Shown here in pieces: positions 32,873 through 44,918 of a stretch of DNA of 64,000 nt. The stretch lies in assembly GCA_021731285.1 (NCBI GenBank), contig JAKFXR010000065.1, positions 11,531 through 75,530 on the forward strand. The letters are read 5' to 3'. Below the pieces are notes generated by a model that saw nothing but the letters and a program-made list of their open reading frames with translations, did no database searches and was not told the origin of the DNA. How positions within the stretch are numbered: the first letter of the stretch is position 1; every line of letters begins with the position of its first letter. Origin of the DNA: Polaromonas sp. (GTDB taxonomy: Bacteria; Pseudomonadota; Gammaproteobacteria; Burkholderiales; Burkholderiaceae_C). The position numbers and the translations under genes are program-made.

Positions 32873-32889
32873 GCTATCAGTTCGATAGC
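32873..32889. repeat. 54-bp motif, partial copy (palindrome only)
   Basis: GCTAT-cagttcg-ATAGC; only a weak GCCGGT 18 nt upstream. Confidence 0.6.
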
Positions 32890-32938
32890 ACCTCCCTCAA
32901 GCCCCACGAGCTGTCTGCAAGCTAGGCCTCGCAATCGG

Positions 32939-33256
32939 CTAGGTCCGGTTGATTAGTATCTTCAGCCGAATTGAGGTAACCTTCCAACCTTTGCTGGCCA
33001 GTCGGGCCTGGATCAGGGGTAGCAACTGGCGTACCTTGGCTGCGGCTGCATTGCTGCTGAGCAGCAGGCACCAGGCATCGCCATCAATTGGCCCGGCCTG
33101 AACGGCGGGGCGCAGTGTTTGCGGAATCAGCGACTCGATGGCCTTGAGTCTTGCGCTGGAGTCCTCAACCAGCCCGGTCAGCCGGGCCAGCGAGGGTGAA
33201 GCTTCCACCGCCTGGTTGAAGCTGACGGACCGGTGCGGACGGGGGCTGGAATTCAC
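32939..33256 (-). CDS. DciA/DUF721-family protein
   Basis: 105 aa with WCLLLSSNAAAAKVRQ; divergent from M23-secA, a typical location. Confidence 0.7.
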   Translation of the reverse strand: MNSSPRPHRSVSFNQAVEASPSLARLTGLVEDSSARLKAIESLIPQTLRPAVQAGPIDGDAWCLLLSSNAAAAKVRQLLPLIQARLASKGWKVTSIRLKILINRT

Positions 33257-33290
33257 AGGCGTGTACGCTGGGTTTTAAGGGGTAAACAGA

Positions 33291-34292
33291 GTGCATATGA
33301 TTATCACGGATGCGTGGCTTGCCAAAAGCCGGGCGATTTATCTCAGTGGTACCAAGCTGGTGGTGGCGGGTTTTGTCGCGGCTCTGGCGCTGATGCTGGT
33401 GGCTGCGGGCATGTACCACTGGGTCTTTCTCAAAGGCGCCCGGGAAGGCTGGCCGGTGATCGGCACCCTGGTCAAGCTGATGGTCAAGGACGAGTTTGAC
33501 CAGCGCGACCGCTTTCTGCGCGAAAACCTCGACGTCATGGCCAGGAGGCTGGGCGAAATGCAGGCCAAGATGATGCAGCTTGAAGCGCTGGGCGAGCGGG
33601 TTTCCGGCCTTGCAGGCGTCAACCCCAACGACATCAAGACCTTGCCCGGACGCGGTGGTGCCCTGGTGACTGGCCGCTCCCTCACCATGGAGGAGTTGCA
33701 GGCCACCCTGGCCGACCTCGACAAATTGACGGACCAGCGTGTGGACCTGATGACGGTGATGGAGTCGCGCCTGTTTGACCTGAAGATCAAGAAGATGATG
33801 GTGCCTACCCAGCAACCGGTGGCGGGCAGCTCACTGGGTTCATCGTTTGGCTGGCGCATTGACCCCATGAATGGCCGCTCTGCGCTGCACACCGGGCTGG
33901 ATTTCCCGGCCGAACCCGGCACCCCCATCCTGTCGGCTGCTGGCGGCGTTGTGGTTACCCAGGAAGTGCATCCTGCTTACGGCAACATGGTCGAAGTAGA
34001 CCACGGCAATGACCTGGTGACACGGTATGCGCATGCTTCGAGGGTGTGGGTCAAAAAAGGCGACCTGATCAAGCGTGGCCAGAAAATAGCCGAGGTTGGC
34101 ACGACGGGCCGGTCGACCGGCCCGCACCTGCATTTCGAGGTGCTGGTTCAGGGTGTTTTCCAGGACCCCCAGAAGTTCCTGACAGCGGGCCAGAAGCTGC
34201 CTCAGGGAGCACCTGCATTCGCTGTCGCACGGCCACAGCCGCCAACCCAGTTGCCAAGCCTGCAGGTGGCCCAGCCTCCCCGGCCAAAGTAA
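33291..34292 (+). CDS. M23 family metallopeptidase
   Basis: HTGLD, YGN, YAH, STGPHLHFE; N-terminal TM and coiled coil. Confidence 0.95.
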   Translation: MHMIITDAWLAKSRAIYLSGTKLVVAGFVAALALMLVAAGMYHWVFLKGAREGWPVIGTLVKLMVKDEFDQRDRFLRENLDVMARRLGEMQAKMMQLEALGERVSGLAGVNPNDIKTLPGRGGALVTGRSLTMEELQATLADLDKLTDQRVDLMTVMESRLFDLKIKKMMVPTQQPVAGSSLGSSFGWRIDPMNGRSALHTGLDFPAEPGTPILSAAGGVVVTQEVHPAYGNMVEVDHGNDLVTRYAHASRVWVKKGDLIKRGQKIAEVGTTGRSTGPHLHFEVLVQGVFQDPQKFLTAGQKLPQGAPAFAVARPQPPTQLPSLQVAQPPRPK

Positions 34293-34426
34293 CTGCGGGG
34301 GCAGGTAAAATCTGCCATCTGCGCCCGGTTGAACTGACCGCAAGCGCCCACACCTAGTCGTTATTCAATTAAGGGATTTCGGCCGCATCGCCTGTTTTGA
34401 GAAGCAGCCGGAGCGGCCCCGCATGT

Positions 34427-37192
34427 ATGGCCTCCAATATCCTGACCAAAATCTTCGGCAGCCGCAACGACCGGCTGCTCAAAACCTACCGCAAAACCAT
34501 CGAGCGCATCAACTCGATGGAAGCGCCTCTGGAAAAACTCGACGACGAGCAACTGCGCGCCAAGACGCGCGAGTTCATCAACCGTGTGGCGCAGGGCGAA
34601 ACGCTGGATGCCATCCTCCCCGAGGCTTTTGCCGTGGTTCGCGAAGGCAGCAAGCGTGTCATGAAGATGCGTCACTTCGATGTGCAGATGCTGGGCGGCA
34701 TGGCCCTGCACTACGGGAAAATCTCGGAGATGGGCACGGGGGAGGGCAAAACCCTCACCGCTACATTGCCGGTCTATCTCAATGCGCTGACCGGCAAAGG
34801 CGTGCATGTGGTCACGGTCAATGACTACCTGGCCAACCGCGACGCGCGCTGGATGGGCAAGCTGTACAACTTTCTGGGCCTGACTGTGGGTATCAACCTG
34901 CCGCAGATGGAGCGCGCTGAAAAGCAGGAAGCCTACCGGGCCGACATCACTTACGGCACCAACAACGAATATGGTTTTGACTACCTGCGCGACAACATGG
35001 TCTACGAGGTTGGTGACCGCGTCCAGCGCGGCCTGAATTTTGCGATCGTCGACGAGGTCGATTCCATCCTGATCGATGAGGCCCGCACACCGCTGATCAT
35101 CAGTGGCCAGGCTGAAGACCACACCGAGATGTACCTGGCCATCAACAAGGTGGTGCCGCAATTGACGCGGCAGGAAGGCGAAGCCGACCCGCGTACCGGC
35201 GAAGGCATCATCACCCCCGGTGACTTCACGCTCGACGAAAAGACCCATCAGGTTTTCCTGACAGAGCAGGGTCACGAGAATGCAGAACGCATCCTGTTTG
35301 ACCTGGGCCTGATTCCTGAAAATGCCACCTTGTACGACCCGGCGAACATTTCGCTGATGCATCACCTGTACGCGGCATTGCGGGCCAACCATCTCTACCA
35401 CCGTGACCAGCACTATGTGGTGCAGGACGGCGAGATCGTCATTGTTGACGAGTTCACCGGCCGCCTGATGTCGGGCCGGCGCTGGAGCGAAGGCTTGCAC
35501 CAGGCTGTGGAAGCCAAGGAAGGCGTTCAGATCCAGGCAGAAAACCAGACGCTTGCTTCGATCACTTTCCAGAATTACTTCCGTCTCTACGGCAAGCTGG
35601 CAGGCATGACCGGCACCGCCGACACCGAGGCTTATGAGTTCTCCGAAATCTACGGACTGGAGACCACGGTGATTCCGCCCAACCGTCCGAGCCGGCGCGA
35701 TGACCAGCTGGATCGTGTGTACAAGACAACGCGGGAAAAATACGAGGCGGCCATCAAGGATATTCGCGAATGCTACGAGCGCGGGCAGCCTGTGCTGGTT
35801 GGCACGACCTCGATTGAAAACTCCGAAATCATCGACCAGTTGCTCAAGAAGGAAAACCTTCCGCACCAGGTGCTCAATGCCAAGCAGCATGCACGCGAAG
35901 CCGACATCGTGGCTCAGGCGGGGCGCCTGAAAATGATCACGATTGCGACCAACATGGCCGGCCGGGGCACAGACATTGTGCTGGGTGGCAACGTGGAAAA
36001 AATGGTCGAGGCGGTGCAGTCGCTGGAAGGCGATCCCGCGCCCGGGCAGGATGCAGAGATTGCCCGCCTGCGCGCGGAGTGGTCCGCAGAGCATGAACAG
36101 GTCAAAGCCCTGGGCGGCCTGCGCATCATCGCCACCGAGCGCCATGAGTCGCGCCGTATCGACAACCAGCTGCGCGGCCGGTCCGGGCGTCAGGGTGATC
36201 CGGGGTCGTCGCGTTTTTACCTGAGCCTGGACGATCCGTTGATGCGCATCTTTGCGGGCGACCGCGTCAAGGCCATCATGGAACGGCTCAAGATGCCCGA
36301 CGGCGAGGCGATCGAGGCCGGCATTGTGACGCGCAGCATTGAATCGGCCCAGCGCAAGGTCGAGGCGCGCAACTTCGACATCCGCAAGCAACTGCTGGAG
36401 TACGACGATGTGGCCAACGATCAGCGCAAGGTGATTTATCAGCAGCGCAACGACATCATGGACGCGGCCAATCTGCAGGACCAGATTGCTTCATTGCGCG
36501 CGGGGTGTTTTACCGACTTGACCCGTCAATATGTGCCGGTGGAAAGCGTTGAGGAGCAATGGGATCTGGCGGGACTGGAAAGGGTGCTGCAAAGTGACTG
36601 GCAGATCGAGCTGGATTTGCGGGGAGAGGTGCAGGCGGCCGCCGCCATCACCGACGAGGACCTGCTTGAGAAAGTCCTGGCTGCGGCCAACGCCGCTTTT
36701 GCCGCCAAGGTTGAAAAAATCGGCGAAGAAAATTTCACACAGTTCGAACGCATCGTGCTGCTGCAGAGCATTGATTCCAACTGGCGTGAGCATCTCAGCG
36801 CGCTGGACCATTTGCGCCAGGGCATTCACCTGCGTGGCTACGCGCAAAAGCAGCCCAAGCAGGAATACAAGCGCGAGGCGTTCGAGTTGTTCGGCCAGTT
36901 GCTGGACAGCGTGAAAAACGAGGTCACCAAGATCCTCATGACTGTTCAGGTTCAGTCGAGCGAACAACTGGACAAGGCCGCCGAGGAAATGGAGACCCGC
37001 GCCGAGAGCATCTCCAATGTCACTTACACCGCACCAACCGAAACCGGCGGCGTGGAAACCACGGCTGATGCAGAGCAGCCTCTGCGCAAGCAGGCGCTGC
37101 CCGATGGTGCTGTGCCGCGTGTGGGCCGCAACGATCCCTGTCCCTGCGGCTCCGGGAAGAAATACAAGCTCTGCCACGGCAAACTGAATTGA
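34427..37192 (+). CDS. secA: Preprotein translocase subunit SecA
   Basis: [28 protein letters not shown]-terminal [18 protein letters not shown]. Confidence 0.99.
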   Translation: MASNILTKIFGSRNDRLLKTYRKTIERINSMEAPLEKLDDEQLRAKTREFINRVAQGETLDAILPEAFAVVREGSKRVMKMRHFDVQMLGGMALHYGKISEMGTGEGKTLTATLPVYLNALTGKGVHVVTVNDYLANRDARWMGKLYNFLGLTVGINLPQMERAEKQEAYRADITYGTNNEYGFDYLRDNMVYEVGDRVQRGLNFAIVDEVDSILIDEARTPLIISGQAEDHTEMYLAINKVVPQLTRQEGEADPRTGEGIITPGDFTLDEKTHQVFLTEQGHENAERILFDLGLIPENATLYDPANISLMHHLYAALRANHLYHRDQHYVVQDGEIVIVDEFTGRLMSGRRWSEGLHQAVEAKEGVQIQAENQTLASITFQNYFRLYGKLAGMTGTADTEAYEFSEIYGLETTVIPPNRPSRRDDQLDRVYKTTREKYEAAIKDIRECYERGQPVLVGTTSIENSEIIDQLLKKENLPHQVLNAKQHAREADIVAQAGRLKMITIATNMAGRGTDIVLGGNVEKMVEAVQSLEGDPAPGQDAEIARLRAEWSAEHEQVKALGGLRIIATERHESRRIDNQLRGRSGRQGDPGSSRFYLSLDDPLMRIFAGDRVKAIMERLKMPDGEAIEAGIVTRSIESAQRKVEARNFDIRKQLLEYDDVANDQRKVIYQQRNDIMDAANLQDQIASLRAGCFTDLTRQYVPVESVEEQWDLAGLERVLQSDWQIELDLRGEVQAAAAITDEDLLEKVLAAANAAFAAKVEKIGEENFTQFERIVLLQSIDSNWREHLSALDHLRQGIHLRGYAQKQPKQEYKREAFELFGQLLDSVKNEVTKILMTVQVQSSEQLDKAAEEMETRAESISNVTYTAPTETGGVETTADAEQPLRKQALPDGAVPRVGRNDPCPCGSGKKYKLCHGKLN

Positions 37193-37229
37193 TTGAGCGC
37201 TTGCGTCGGTTATCTGGAGTTACGAGAAC

Positions 37230-38471
37230 ATGCCCGTCAATTTGATTGCCACACCCGCCGCAGAGCTTCATCCTGTGGCCGGTGCACGCTGGGGTATCAC
37301 CGAGGCGGGTATCCGCAAGCAGGGCCGTAAAGACCTGGCGGTGTTACTGCTGGATGAAGGTGCTTCGGTGGGCGCGGTATTTACCCAAAACCGCTTTTGC
37401 GCTGCGCCGGTCCAGATCTGCCGCGATCACCTGGCGAAAAATTCAGGCAAAAGTATGGGCATACGCGCCATGCTGATCAACACCGGCAATGCCAACGCAG
37501 GCACGGGTGCAGACGGGCTGAGCCGCGCGCATGCCAGTTGCATTGCGCTGGCCCGTGAGCTCAACATCGCGCCTGAGCAAATTCTCCCGTTTTCCACCGG
37601 GGTGATCATGGAGCCCTTGCCGCACGAGCGGATTGCAGCCGGCTTGCCTGCGGCGCTGGCAGACGCCAGAGCCGACAATTGGGGCAGCGCGGCCCAGGCC
37701 ATCATGACCACCGACACGGTGGCCAAGGCATTTTCCAGTCGCATCACCCTGGGCGGTGTGCCGGTGAGTATCACCGGCATCAGCAAAGGCGCAGGGATGA
37801 TCCGCCCCAACATGGCGACCATGCTGGGTTTCATGGCAACCGACGCCTGCATTTCGCAGGAGCTGATGGCTCAGCTGGCCAAGGATCTGGCTGAGGGCTC
37901 TTTCAACCGTGTGACGGTTGACGGCGACACCTCCACCAACGACTCTTTTGTGGTTGTTGCCACCAACCAGGCCGAGCACACAGCCGTCACTTCGCTGGAC
38001 AGCGCAGAAGGCAAGTTGCTGTTTGCCGCCATGCTGGATATCGCGCGCAAGCTGGCCCAGGCCATCGTGCGTGACGGTGAGGGCGCGACCAAGTTCATCA
38101 CCATCAGCGTTGAAGGCGGCAGGACCGGCGGGGAGTGCCGGCAGGTGGCTTATGCCATCGCCCATTCGCCTTTGGTCAAGACGGCCTTTTTTGCGAGTGA
38201 CCCCAACCTCGGACGCATTCTGGCGGCGGTGGGTTATGCGGGCATTGGCGATCTGGACCAGACACGCATTGATTTGTACCTCGACGATGTGCTGGTGGCA
38301 AAAGACGGTGGGCGGCATGTCGACTATGTAGAAGCCGATGGCCAGCGCGTCATGAAGCAAAGCGAAATCACCGTGCGTGTGATCCTGGGTCGCGGCGCTG
38401 CCACCGACACGGTCTGGACCTGCGACCTGTCTTACGACTACGTCAAGATCAACGCCGACTATCGCAGTTAA
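37230..38471 (+). CDS. argJ: Glutamate N-acetyltransferase / ornithine acetyltransferase
   Basis: [35 protein letters not shown]. Confidence 0.98.
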   Translation: MPVNLIATPAAELHPVAGARWGITEAGIRKQGRKDLAVLLLDEGASVGAVFTQNRFCAAPVQICRDHLAKNSGKSMGIRAMLINTGNANAGTGADGLSRAHASCIALARELNIAPEQILPFSTGVIMEPLPHERIAAGLPAALADARADNWGSAAQAIMTTDTVAKAFSSRITLGGVPVSITGISKGAGMIRPNMATMLGFMATDACISQELMAQLAKDLAEGSFNRVTVDGDTSTNDSFVVVATNQAEHTAVTSLDSAEGKLLFAAMLDIARKLAQAIVRDGEGATKFITISVEGGRTGGECRQVAYAIAHSPLVKTAFFASDPNLGRILAAVGYAGIGDLDQTRIDLYLDDVLVAKDGGRHVDYVEADGQRVMKQSEITVRVILGRGAATDTVWTCDLSYDYVKINADYRS

Positions 38472-38486
38472 AAGCAGGCACCACGC

Positions 38487-39461
38487 ATGAACGAGCATTT
38501 TGAACGCCTGATCACGCGGGTCGAATCCCTGATGGCCCGCATTGAATCGGTGCTGCCCCAGCCCCTGTCGGCGCCTGACTGGACGTCCTCGGTCGCCTAC
38601 CGCTACCGCAAGCGCAGCTCCGGTCACGGCGCGCTCGAGCCTGTGCGGCACATCGGCAGCATCAGCCTGGATGACCTCAAGGAAATCGAAGACCAGAAGG
38701 AAAAGATCAAGCGCAACACCGAGCAGTTTGTGCTTGGCAGACCCGCCAACAATGTGCTGCTGACCGGCGCACGCGGCACAGGTAAATCATCGCTCATCAA
38801 GGCCTGCCTCAATGAATATGCAGTGCGCGGCTTGCGTTTGATTGAAGTCGACAAGGCCGATCTGGTTGATCTGCCGGATATCGTCGATGTTGTTGCGGGC
38901 CTGCCCGAAAAATTCATTGTCTTTTGCGACGATTTGAGTTTTGAGGAGGGCGAGCCCGGCTACAAGGCGCTTAAATCCATTCTCGATGGCTCGGTGGCGG
39001 CCGCAACGCCCAACGTGCTGATCTATGCAACCAGCAACCGGCGCCACCTGCTGCCCGAGTACATGACGGAGAACCTGACCTACACCCACAGCGAAGACGG
39101 AGAGGTGCATCCCGGCGAGGTGGTGGAAGAAAAAATCTCGTTGTCCGAGCGTTTTGGTTTGTGGGTCAGCTTTTATCCCTTTACCCAGGACGAATACCTC
39201 ACCATCGTCGCGCAGTGGCTGTCCTCGTTTGGCGTGGGCCAGGAGGCGATTGCGGCGGCAAGGCCGGCTTCTCTGGTCTGGGCGCTGGAGCGTGGCTCGC
39301 GCAGCGGCCGGGTAGCCTTTCAGTTCGCCCGCGACTATGCAGGCCGCGACAGTGCCAGCCGGCCGGTGGCCGCGCCTGCCATCGCAGCCTATGAGCGGCC
39401 AGGGGCAGCTGCTGCCTCGTCGCCCGACCAGAGCGACCAAGCCCCCGATCATTCAACATGA
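38487..39461 (+). CDS. AAA+ ATPase (DUF815 family)
   Basis: GARGTGKSS, FCDDLSF, YATSNRRHL, SLSERFG. Confidence 0.9.
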   Translation: MNEHFERLITRVESLMARIESVLPQPLSAPDWTSSVAYRYRKRSSGHGALEPVRHIGSISLDDLKEIEDQKEKIKRNTEQFVLGRPANNVLLTGARGTGKSSLIKACLNEYAVRGLRLIEVDKADLVDLPDIVDVVAGLPEKFIVFCDDLSFEEGEPGYKALKSILDGSVAAATPNVLIYATSNRRHLLPEYMTENLTYTHSEDGEVHPGEVVEEKISLSERFGLWVSFYPFTQDEYLTIVAQWLSSFGVGQEAIAAARPASLVWALERGSRSGRVAFQFARDYAGRDSASRPVAAPAIAAYERPGAAAASSPDQSDQAPDHST

Positions 39462-39928
39462 GTGTGCTGGTCGCCGACGGTGAGCGCCCGCGCGAAGGCG
39501 GCGCAGACCGCAAGGTGGTTGACGTGGCCGTTGGCGTGCTGATCCGGCCCGATGGCGACTTCCTCCTCACCTCACGACCGCCAGGAAAGGTCTACGAACA
39601 CTACTGGGAGTTCCCTGGCGGCAAACTGGAGCCCGGTGAAACCGTGGAGCAGGCCTTGCGCCGCGAACTTCAAGAGGAAATCGGCATCACCATCGCCGGC
39701 GTGCACCCGTGGAAGATCGAGATGGTGGACTATCCCCATGCGCTGGTGCGGCTCAACTTCTGCAAGGTGTTTGAGTGGACGGGTGAGCTCCACATGCGGG
39801 AAGGCCAGTTGTATGCATGGCAGGGGCTGCCGGTGGCGGTTAAACCCGTTCTGCCCGGCACTTTGCCTGTACTGGCCTGGTTCGCCAGTGAGCGCGGGTA
39901 TGCAGGAGACACCCGCGGCGGGAGCTAA
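39458..39928 (+). CDS. mutT: Nudix hydrolase, MutT-like
   Basis: WEFPGGKLEPGETVEQALRRELQEEIG Nudix box; secA-argJ-mutT synteny. Confidence 0.85.
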   Translation: MSVLVADGERPREGGADRKVVDVAVGVLIRPDGDFLLTSRPPGKVYEHYWEFPGGKLEPGETVEQALRRELQEEIGITIAGVHPWKIEMVDYPHALVRLNFCKVFEWTGELHMREGQLYAWQGLPVAVKPVLPGTLPVLAWFASERGYAGDTRGGS

Positions 39929-39930
39929 TC

Positions 39931-39984
39931 GCTATGCTATTGACAGCAATTGATTCGCGCTGTTTAAGGGCCAGTGGCAGATTT
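39931..39984 (+). repeat. 54-bp motif, copy 8 (mutT/transglycosylase convergent gap)
   Basis: GCTAT-gctattg-ACAGC-N18-AAGGGC-N9-ATTT. Confidence 0.88.
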
Positions 39985-40009
39985 TTCTCTCATTCGCGGT
40001 GGCAGGGAC

Positions 40010-40660
40010 TCAGCCAAACTCCCACAGTTTTTTCGCGCCCAGCACCGCATCGGGATAGGCGGCCTTGCCGCGTGAACCGTTGTAGCGGCCCAGGCCCATG
40101 AACAGGTCGCCTTTTTCCCGGTCCAGGTAGTGCCGCAGGATCACGCAGCCAAAGCGCAGGTTGGTCTGCATGTGAAACAGCTTGGTGGCGTCGCCGTCGC
40201 CGATCACCCGCGTCCAGAAGGGCATGACCTGCATGTAGCCACGTGCGCCGACCGGGCTCACCGCGAACTTGCGGAAGTTGCTCTCAACCTGAATCAGACC
40301 GAGCACCAGGGCCAGGTCCAGGCCGGCGCGTTTGCTTTCGTACCAGACGGTTTGCAGGAATTCCTTGCGGGCCAGCCACTCGGGCTTCTTCTTTTTCAGG
40401 CGTTCACTCATCGCACCCAGCCAGCGCAGGTAGGCCAGGCGGCTTTCGGTGTCCCGGAACTCGGGCACCGGCGGGGCTTGGTTGGCGATGGCTGAACTGA
40501 GCGCGGTGCGCACCGAGTCGATCAGCGGCTCTTCGATTTGCGCTCCAGCGATGGTTTGCTCTGAAAATAATAGCGAACCAGTCAATACCGGTAAGGACAG
40601 AAGGCATTTTCTTCTTGAAAATTTCCCGGTTGCCGGGCTGGGGGACGCTTGGGTGGGCAT
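40010..40660 (-). CDS. Lytic transglycosylase (SLT domain)
   Basis: IQVESNF, GARGYMQVMP, GRYNG; start uncertain (40660 or 40666). Confidence 0.92.
   Translation of the reverse strand: MPTQASPSPATGKFSRRKCLLSLPVLTGSLLFSEQTIAGAQIEEPLIDSVRTALSSAIANQAPPVPEFRDTESRLAYLRWLGAMSERLKKKKPEWLARKEFLQTVWYESKRAGLDLALVLGLIQVESNFRKFAVSPVGARGYMQVMPFWTRVIGDGDATKLFHMQTNLRFGCVILRHYLDREKGDLFMGLGRYNGSRGKAAYPDAVLGAKKLWEFG
40558..40611 (+). repeat. 54-bp motif, copy 9 (inside transglycosylase signal region)
   Basis: GCTCT-gaaaata-ATAGC-N18-AAGGAC-N9-TTTC. Confidence 0.75.
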
Positions 40661-40675
40661 GAGCACGCAGGCAGT

Positions 40676-42424
40676 TTATGCGACTGGCGAAAGTTGTCCC
40701 TTGAGGAAATCCAGCGCGCCAGCCACGTCGATTCTGGTAGAGGCTGCGTCACGGCGATGCTGGTATTCCAGCTGGCCCTCCTTGAGGGCCCGGTCACCAA
40801 TGGTGACGCGGTGTGGCACACCAATCAGCTCCCAGTCTGCAAACATGGCACCGGGACGCTCGCCCCGGTCGTCAAGAATCACGTCTACGCCAGCGGCAAG
40901 CAGGTCGGCATAGAGCTTGTCGGCCGCCGCTTTGACCTCGGGGAAGCGGTCCGGGCTGATCGGGCAAAGCACGACGGTAAACGGAGCGATGGCGTCTGGC
41001 CAGATGATGCCCCGTTCGTCGTGGTTTTGCTCGATGGCTGCGGCCGGCAGACGCGTGATGCCAATGCCGTAGCAACCCATCTCCATGAACTGCGGCTTTC
41101 CGTTCTCGTCCAGGAAAGTGGCGTTCATGGCCTGGCTGTATTTGGTCCCGAGGTAAAACACGTGGCCGACTTCAATGCCGCGTTCAATGGCCAGTTCACC
41201 TTTGCCATCAGGCGATAGATCCCCCGCAACCACATTGCGCAGGTCGGCTACCAGATCAGGCTCGGGCAGATCGCGGCCCCAGTTGACGCCGGTGATGTGG
41301 AAGTCCGGCTCGTTGGCGCCGCAGACCCAATCAGCCATGGCCGCCACTTCCCGGTCAACTGCAAGCTTGACGGGTTGCTGAAGATTCAGCGGCCCGAGGT
41401 AGCCAGGCTTGCATCCAAAGTGACTTTCGATCTCTGCCAGCGTCGCAAACCGGAAACCAGCAAGGCCGGCCACCTTGCCAACCTTGACTTCGTTCATCTC
41501 ATGGTCGCCGCGCAGCAGCAGCAGCCACACCTGGGTTTTGACCACTTTGCCGGCGTCGTCGGTCTGATCGGTGGCGAGCACCAGCGACTTGACGGTGGTG
41601 TCCAGCGCGATGCCCAGCAAGGCGGCCACGTCGGCGCACGTCGCTTTGCCGGGTGTGGGGGTTTTGGTCATCGCCTGGGAGGCTGCTTTGCGCGCGCCTT
41701 GGGGAGCCAGTGCTTCGGCTTTTTCCATGTTGGCCGCGTAGTCGCTTCCCGGACAGTAAACGATCGCGTCTTCGCCGGTGGCGGCAATCACCTGGAACTC
41801 CTCGCTGAGGTCGCCGCCTATGGCGCCACTGTCGGCAGCCACAGCCCGGTAGCGCAGGCCGAAGCGGTCAAATATCCGTCGATACGCCTGCGCCATGACC
41901 TGGTAACTGGCTTTGGCGGCGGTTTGGTCGCGGTCGAAGCTGTAGGCGTCTTTCATGGTGAATTCGCGCCCGCGCATCAGGCCAAAGCGCGGACGGCGTT
42001 CGTCGCGAAACTTGGTCTGGATCTGGTACAGGTTTTTGGGCAGTTGCTTGTAACTGCGGATGTCCTGGCGCATCACGTCGGTGATGACTTCCTCGCTGGT
42101 GGGCTGGATCACAAAGTCGCGGCCATGCCGGTCCTTGATGCGGAGCAGCTCGGGGCCCATTTTTTCGAAGCGTCCGGTTTCCTGCCAAAACTCGGCCGGC
42201 TGGACCACCGGCATGGTCATCTCGACGGCACCGGCGCGGTTCATTTCATCCCGGACAATGGCTTCGACCTTGCGGATCACCCGCAGGCCCATGGGCATGT
42301 AGTTGTAAATGCCGGCCCCCAGTTTTTTGATCAGGCCGGCGCGCATCATCAATTGATGGCTGGCGACCTCTGCGTCGGCGGGGGCTTCCTTGAGGGTGGA
42401 AATGAAGAACCGGGAAGCTTTCAT
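40676..42424 (-). CDS. proS: Proline--tRNA ligase
   Basis: [32 protein letters not shown]. Confidence 0.99.
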   Translation of the reverse strand: MKASRFFISTLKEAPADAEVASHQLMMRAGLIKKLGAGIYNYMPMGLRVIRKVEAIVRDEMNRAGAVEMTMPVVQPAEFWQETGRFEKMGPELLRIKDRHGRDFVIQPTSEEVITDVMRQDIRSYKQLPKNLYQIQTKFRDERRPRFGLMRGREFTMKDAYSFDRDQTAAKASYQVMAQAYRRIFDRFGLRYRAVAADSGAIGGDLSEEFQVIAATGEDAIVYCPGSDYAANMEKAEALAPQGARKAASQAMTKTPTPGKATCADVAALLGIALDTTVKSLVLATDQTDDAGKVVKTQVWLLLLRGDHEMNEVKVGKVAGLAGFRFATLAEIESHFGCKPGYLGPLNLQQPVKLAVDREVAAMADWVCGANEPDFHITGVNWGRDLPEPDLVADLRNVVAGDLSPDGKGELAIERGIEVGHVFYLGTKYSQAMNATFLDENGKPQFMEMGCYGIGITRLPAAAIEQNHDERGIIWPDAIAPFTVVLCPISPDRFPEVKAAADKLYADLLAAGVDVILDDRGERPGAMFADWELIGVPHRVTIGDRALKEGQLEYQHRRDAASTRIDVAGALDFLKGQLSPVA

Positions 42425-42547
42425 GGGCTATTTTTTCGGGTTGGGGACTGGAGTCGCTGCAGCGTGCCGAGGGTGGCCCGGCAGAAGCTTGGCTAGACGG
42501 CCTTCGCTGTGCATAATGGACTCAGTTAAAAAATTTGAGGTTTGATT

Positions 42548-43222
42548 ATGCTCGACCGGGACGGCTTCAGGCCCAACGTCGGCATCATCTTGCTCAACCA
42601 GAGAAGTCAGGTATTTTGGGGCAAGCGCATTCGTACCCACTCCTGGCAGTTTCCGCAGGGTGGCATTGACCGGGGGGAGAATCCCGAGCAGGCCATGTTC
42701 CGCGAATTGCACGAAGAAGTGGGGCTGATGCCGCAACATGTGCAGGTGCTTGCCCGAACCCGGGACTGGTTGCGCTATGAGGTGCCTGACCGGTTTATCC
42801 GCCGCGATGCGCGCGGACATTACAAAGGCCAGAAACAGATCTGGTTTCTTCTGCAACTGGTCGGCCACGACTGGGATCTGAACCTGCGCGCGACAGATCA
42901 TCCCGAGTTTGATGCCTGGCGGTGGAACGACTATTGGGTTCCGCTGGATGTGGTTGTCGAGTTCAAGCGTGGTGTCTATGAAATGGCGCTGACCGAGCTC
43001 TCGCGTTTTGTGCCGCGCTTTGACAACCGGTCCGATCCCCGACCCGATCACCGCAACCGTTACCTTCGTGGCGGCATGCGTCAGAGGGACGTGGCGGCAG
43101 GTGATGCAGGCGACAACAGATTGCCCAGTCCATCCTTTGAACTTCCACCTGGTGCGACGTTTGAACCCGACCCCCAAACCGGCCTCAGGCCTGCCCCCGA
43201 CAATGAAAAGCATGACATTTAA
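42548..43222 (+). CDS. rppH: RNA pyrophosphohydrolase
   Basis: [20 protein letters not shown]...[15 protein letters not shown]. Confidence 0.96.
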   Translation: MLDRDGFRPNVGIILLNQRSQVFWGKRIRTHSWQFPQGGIDRGENPEQAMFRELHEEVGLMPQHVQVLARTRDWLRYEVPDRFIRRDARGHYKGQKQIWFLLQLVGHDWDLNLRATDHPEFDAWRWNDYWVPLDVVVEFKRGVYEMALTELSRFVPRFDNRSDPRPDHRNRYLRGGMRQRDVAAGDAGDNRLPSPSFELPPGATFEPDPQTGLRPAPDNEKHDI

Positions 43223-43712
43223 GGCCTTTGCGCTTGCACTCCTCCTGGGCCTTTCGCTGGCAGTCCAGGCGCAAGTTTATCGAAGCGATGCCTTGCTCGA
43301 CTGGAAGGAGGGCGAGGTGCCGCCGCCGCCCGCGTTCAATGTGGACAAGCTGCTGGTTTTTGACGTGTCCACCGCTTCAACCATGGTCTACGGCGTGGAT
43401 CCGGCGACCCTGAGCATTTCAGATGATGGCATCGTTCGATATGTGATCGTGGCGACCAGCCCCAGCGGCGTGCGCAACGCTTTCTACGAAGGCATCCGTT
43501 GCTCCAGCGGCGAGTACAAGACCTACGCGCGTCACACGCTGCAGGGCGGCTGGGCCAAGGTCAACAACCCCGAGTGGAAGACCGTGTTTGGCAACATGCC
43601 CTCCAGGCACGCGCTGCAGTTTGCCAAAACAGCCGCGTGTGACAACGTCGCGCCGGCTTCGACGGTCGATGAAATTGTGCGACACCTCAAAACCGACAGG
43701 TTCAACCGGTAA
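43203..43712 (+). CDS. CNP1-like exported protein
   Basis: Signal peptide, DWKE, DGIVRY, YEGIRC; start 43203 or 43212. Confidence 0.8.
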   Translation: MKSMTFKAFALALLLGLSLAVQAQVYRSDALLDWKEGEVPPPPAFNVDKLLVFDVSTASTMVYGVDPATLSISDDGIVRYVIVATSPSGVRNAFYEGIRCSSGEYKTYARHTLQGGWAKVNNPEWKTVFGNMPSRHALQFAKTAACDNVAPASTVDEIVRHLKTDRFNR

Positions 43713-44838
43713 GAACCAGGTTGGTCCGGTGAATCATTTCGGATTCACCCGTGTAGCCGAGAAGTTTTTCGAATTCCACCGAGGGTTTGCGGCAGATCAG
43801 CCGGGCTTCCACACTGGAGTAATTGGCCAGGCCGCGGGCAATTTCGGAGCCGTCGGCGTCATGGACCGCGATGACATCTCCCCGGGAGAATTCGCCCTGA
43901 ACCTCCACCATGCCGATGGGCAACAGGCTTTTTCCTTCGTCTCGCACCTTGGCCGCAGCACCTGGATCGACGGTGACGGTGCCGCGCAGCTGCAGGTGAT
44001 CTGCCATCCACCTCTTGCGCGCCTGGTTTTTGGGTGTCTGGGCCACCAGCAAGGTGCCCAGTGACTCTCCCTGCGCCAAGCGGATCAGCGCGTTGGGTTC
44101 GCGTCCCCAGGCGATGACGGTGGATGCACCGGAGCCCGCGGCGCGTTTGGCCGCCAGTATCTTGGTGATCATTCCGCCTTTGCCAATGCTGGAGCCAGCG
44201 CCCCCGGCCATGGCTTCGAGTGCAGGGTCACCGGCGGTCGCTTCGTCAACAAAGGTGGCCCCGGGGTCCTTGCGTGGGTCGGCGGTGTACAGGCCCCGCT
44301 GGTCGGTCAGGATGATCAGCGCGTCGGCGTCCACCAGGTTGGCGACCAGCGCGCCCAGGGTGTCGTTGTCACCGAAGCGGATTTCATCGTTGACCACGGT
44401 GTCGTTTTCATTGATGACCGGCACCACCCCGAGTTGCAGCAGGGTCAGCAAGGTTGAACGGGCGTTGAGATAACGCTCCCGGTCAGCCAGGTCAGCATGG
44501 GTCAACAGCACCTGCGCGCTGCGCACGCCGTTTTCGCGCAAATGACTTTCATAGGCATGGACCAGACCCATCTGGCCGACGGCCGCCGCGGCCTGCAGCT
44601 CGTGGATGGCCTTGGGCCGTGTGGCCCACCCGAGCCGCTTGATGCCCTCGGCAATAGCGCCGCTGCTGACCATGATGACCTCGCGGCCTTCTTTGACCAG
44701 CGAGGCCAGCTGTTCGCACCATTGCGCAATGGCGCGCGCGTCCAGTCCCCGGCCTTCGTCGGTGACCAGGCTGGAGCCAACCTTGACCACAATGCGCCTG
44801 GCACTGAGTAGGACTCTGGAACCTGTTTTGTCTTGCAT
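43702..44838 (-). CDS. proB: Glutamate 5-kinase
   Basis: [30 protein letters not shown] domain. Confidence 0.98.
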   Translation of the reverse strand: MQDKTGSRVLLSARRIVVKVGSSLVTDEGRGLDARAIAQWCEQLASLVKEGREVIMVSSGAIAEGIKRLGWATRPKAIHELQAAAAVGQMGLVHAYESHLRENGVRSAQVLLTHADLADRERYLNARSTLLTLLQLGVVPVINENDTVVNDEIRFGDNDTLGALVANLVDADALIILTDQRGLYTADPRKDPGATFVDEATAGDPALEAMAGGAGSSIGKGGMITKILAAKRAAGSGASTVIAWGREPNALIRLAQGESLGTLLVAQTPKNQARKRWMADHLQLRGTVTVDPGAAAKVRDEGKSLLPIGMVEVQGEFSRGDVIAVHDADGSEIARGLANYSSVEARLICRKPSVEFEKLLGYTGESEMIHRTNLVLTG

Positions 44839-44847
44839 ATGTAAGTA

Positions 44848-44901
44848 AATTAACGACCTCGCCCTTGAAGGGCGGGCACATTCAGCTACCAAATATATAG
44901 C
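44848..44901 (-). repeat. 54-bp motif, copy 10 (obgE-proB)
   Basis: AATT-N9-GCCCTT-N18-GCTAC-caaatat-ATAGC. Confidence 0.9.
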
Positions 44902-44918
44902 AACTGAAGGACGGATGA

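Noticed and set aside
32745-32940. tRNA-Thr and tRNA-Pro as integration sites
   Set aside because: No integrase, no duplicated tRNA 3' end, and core genes continue on both sides.
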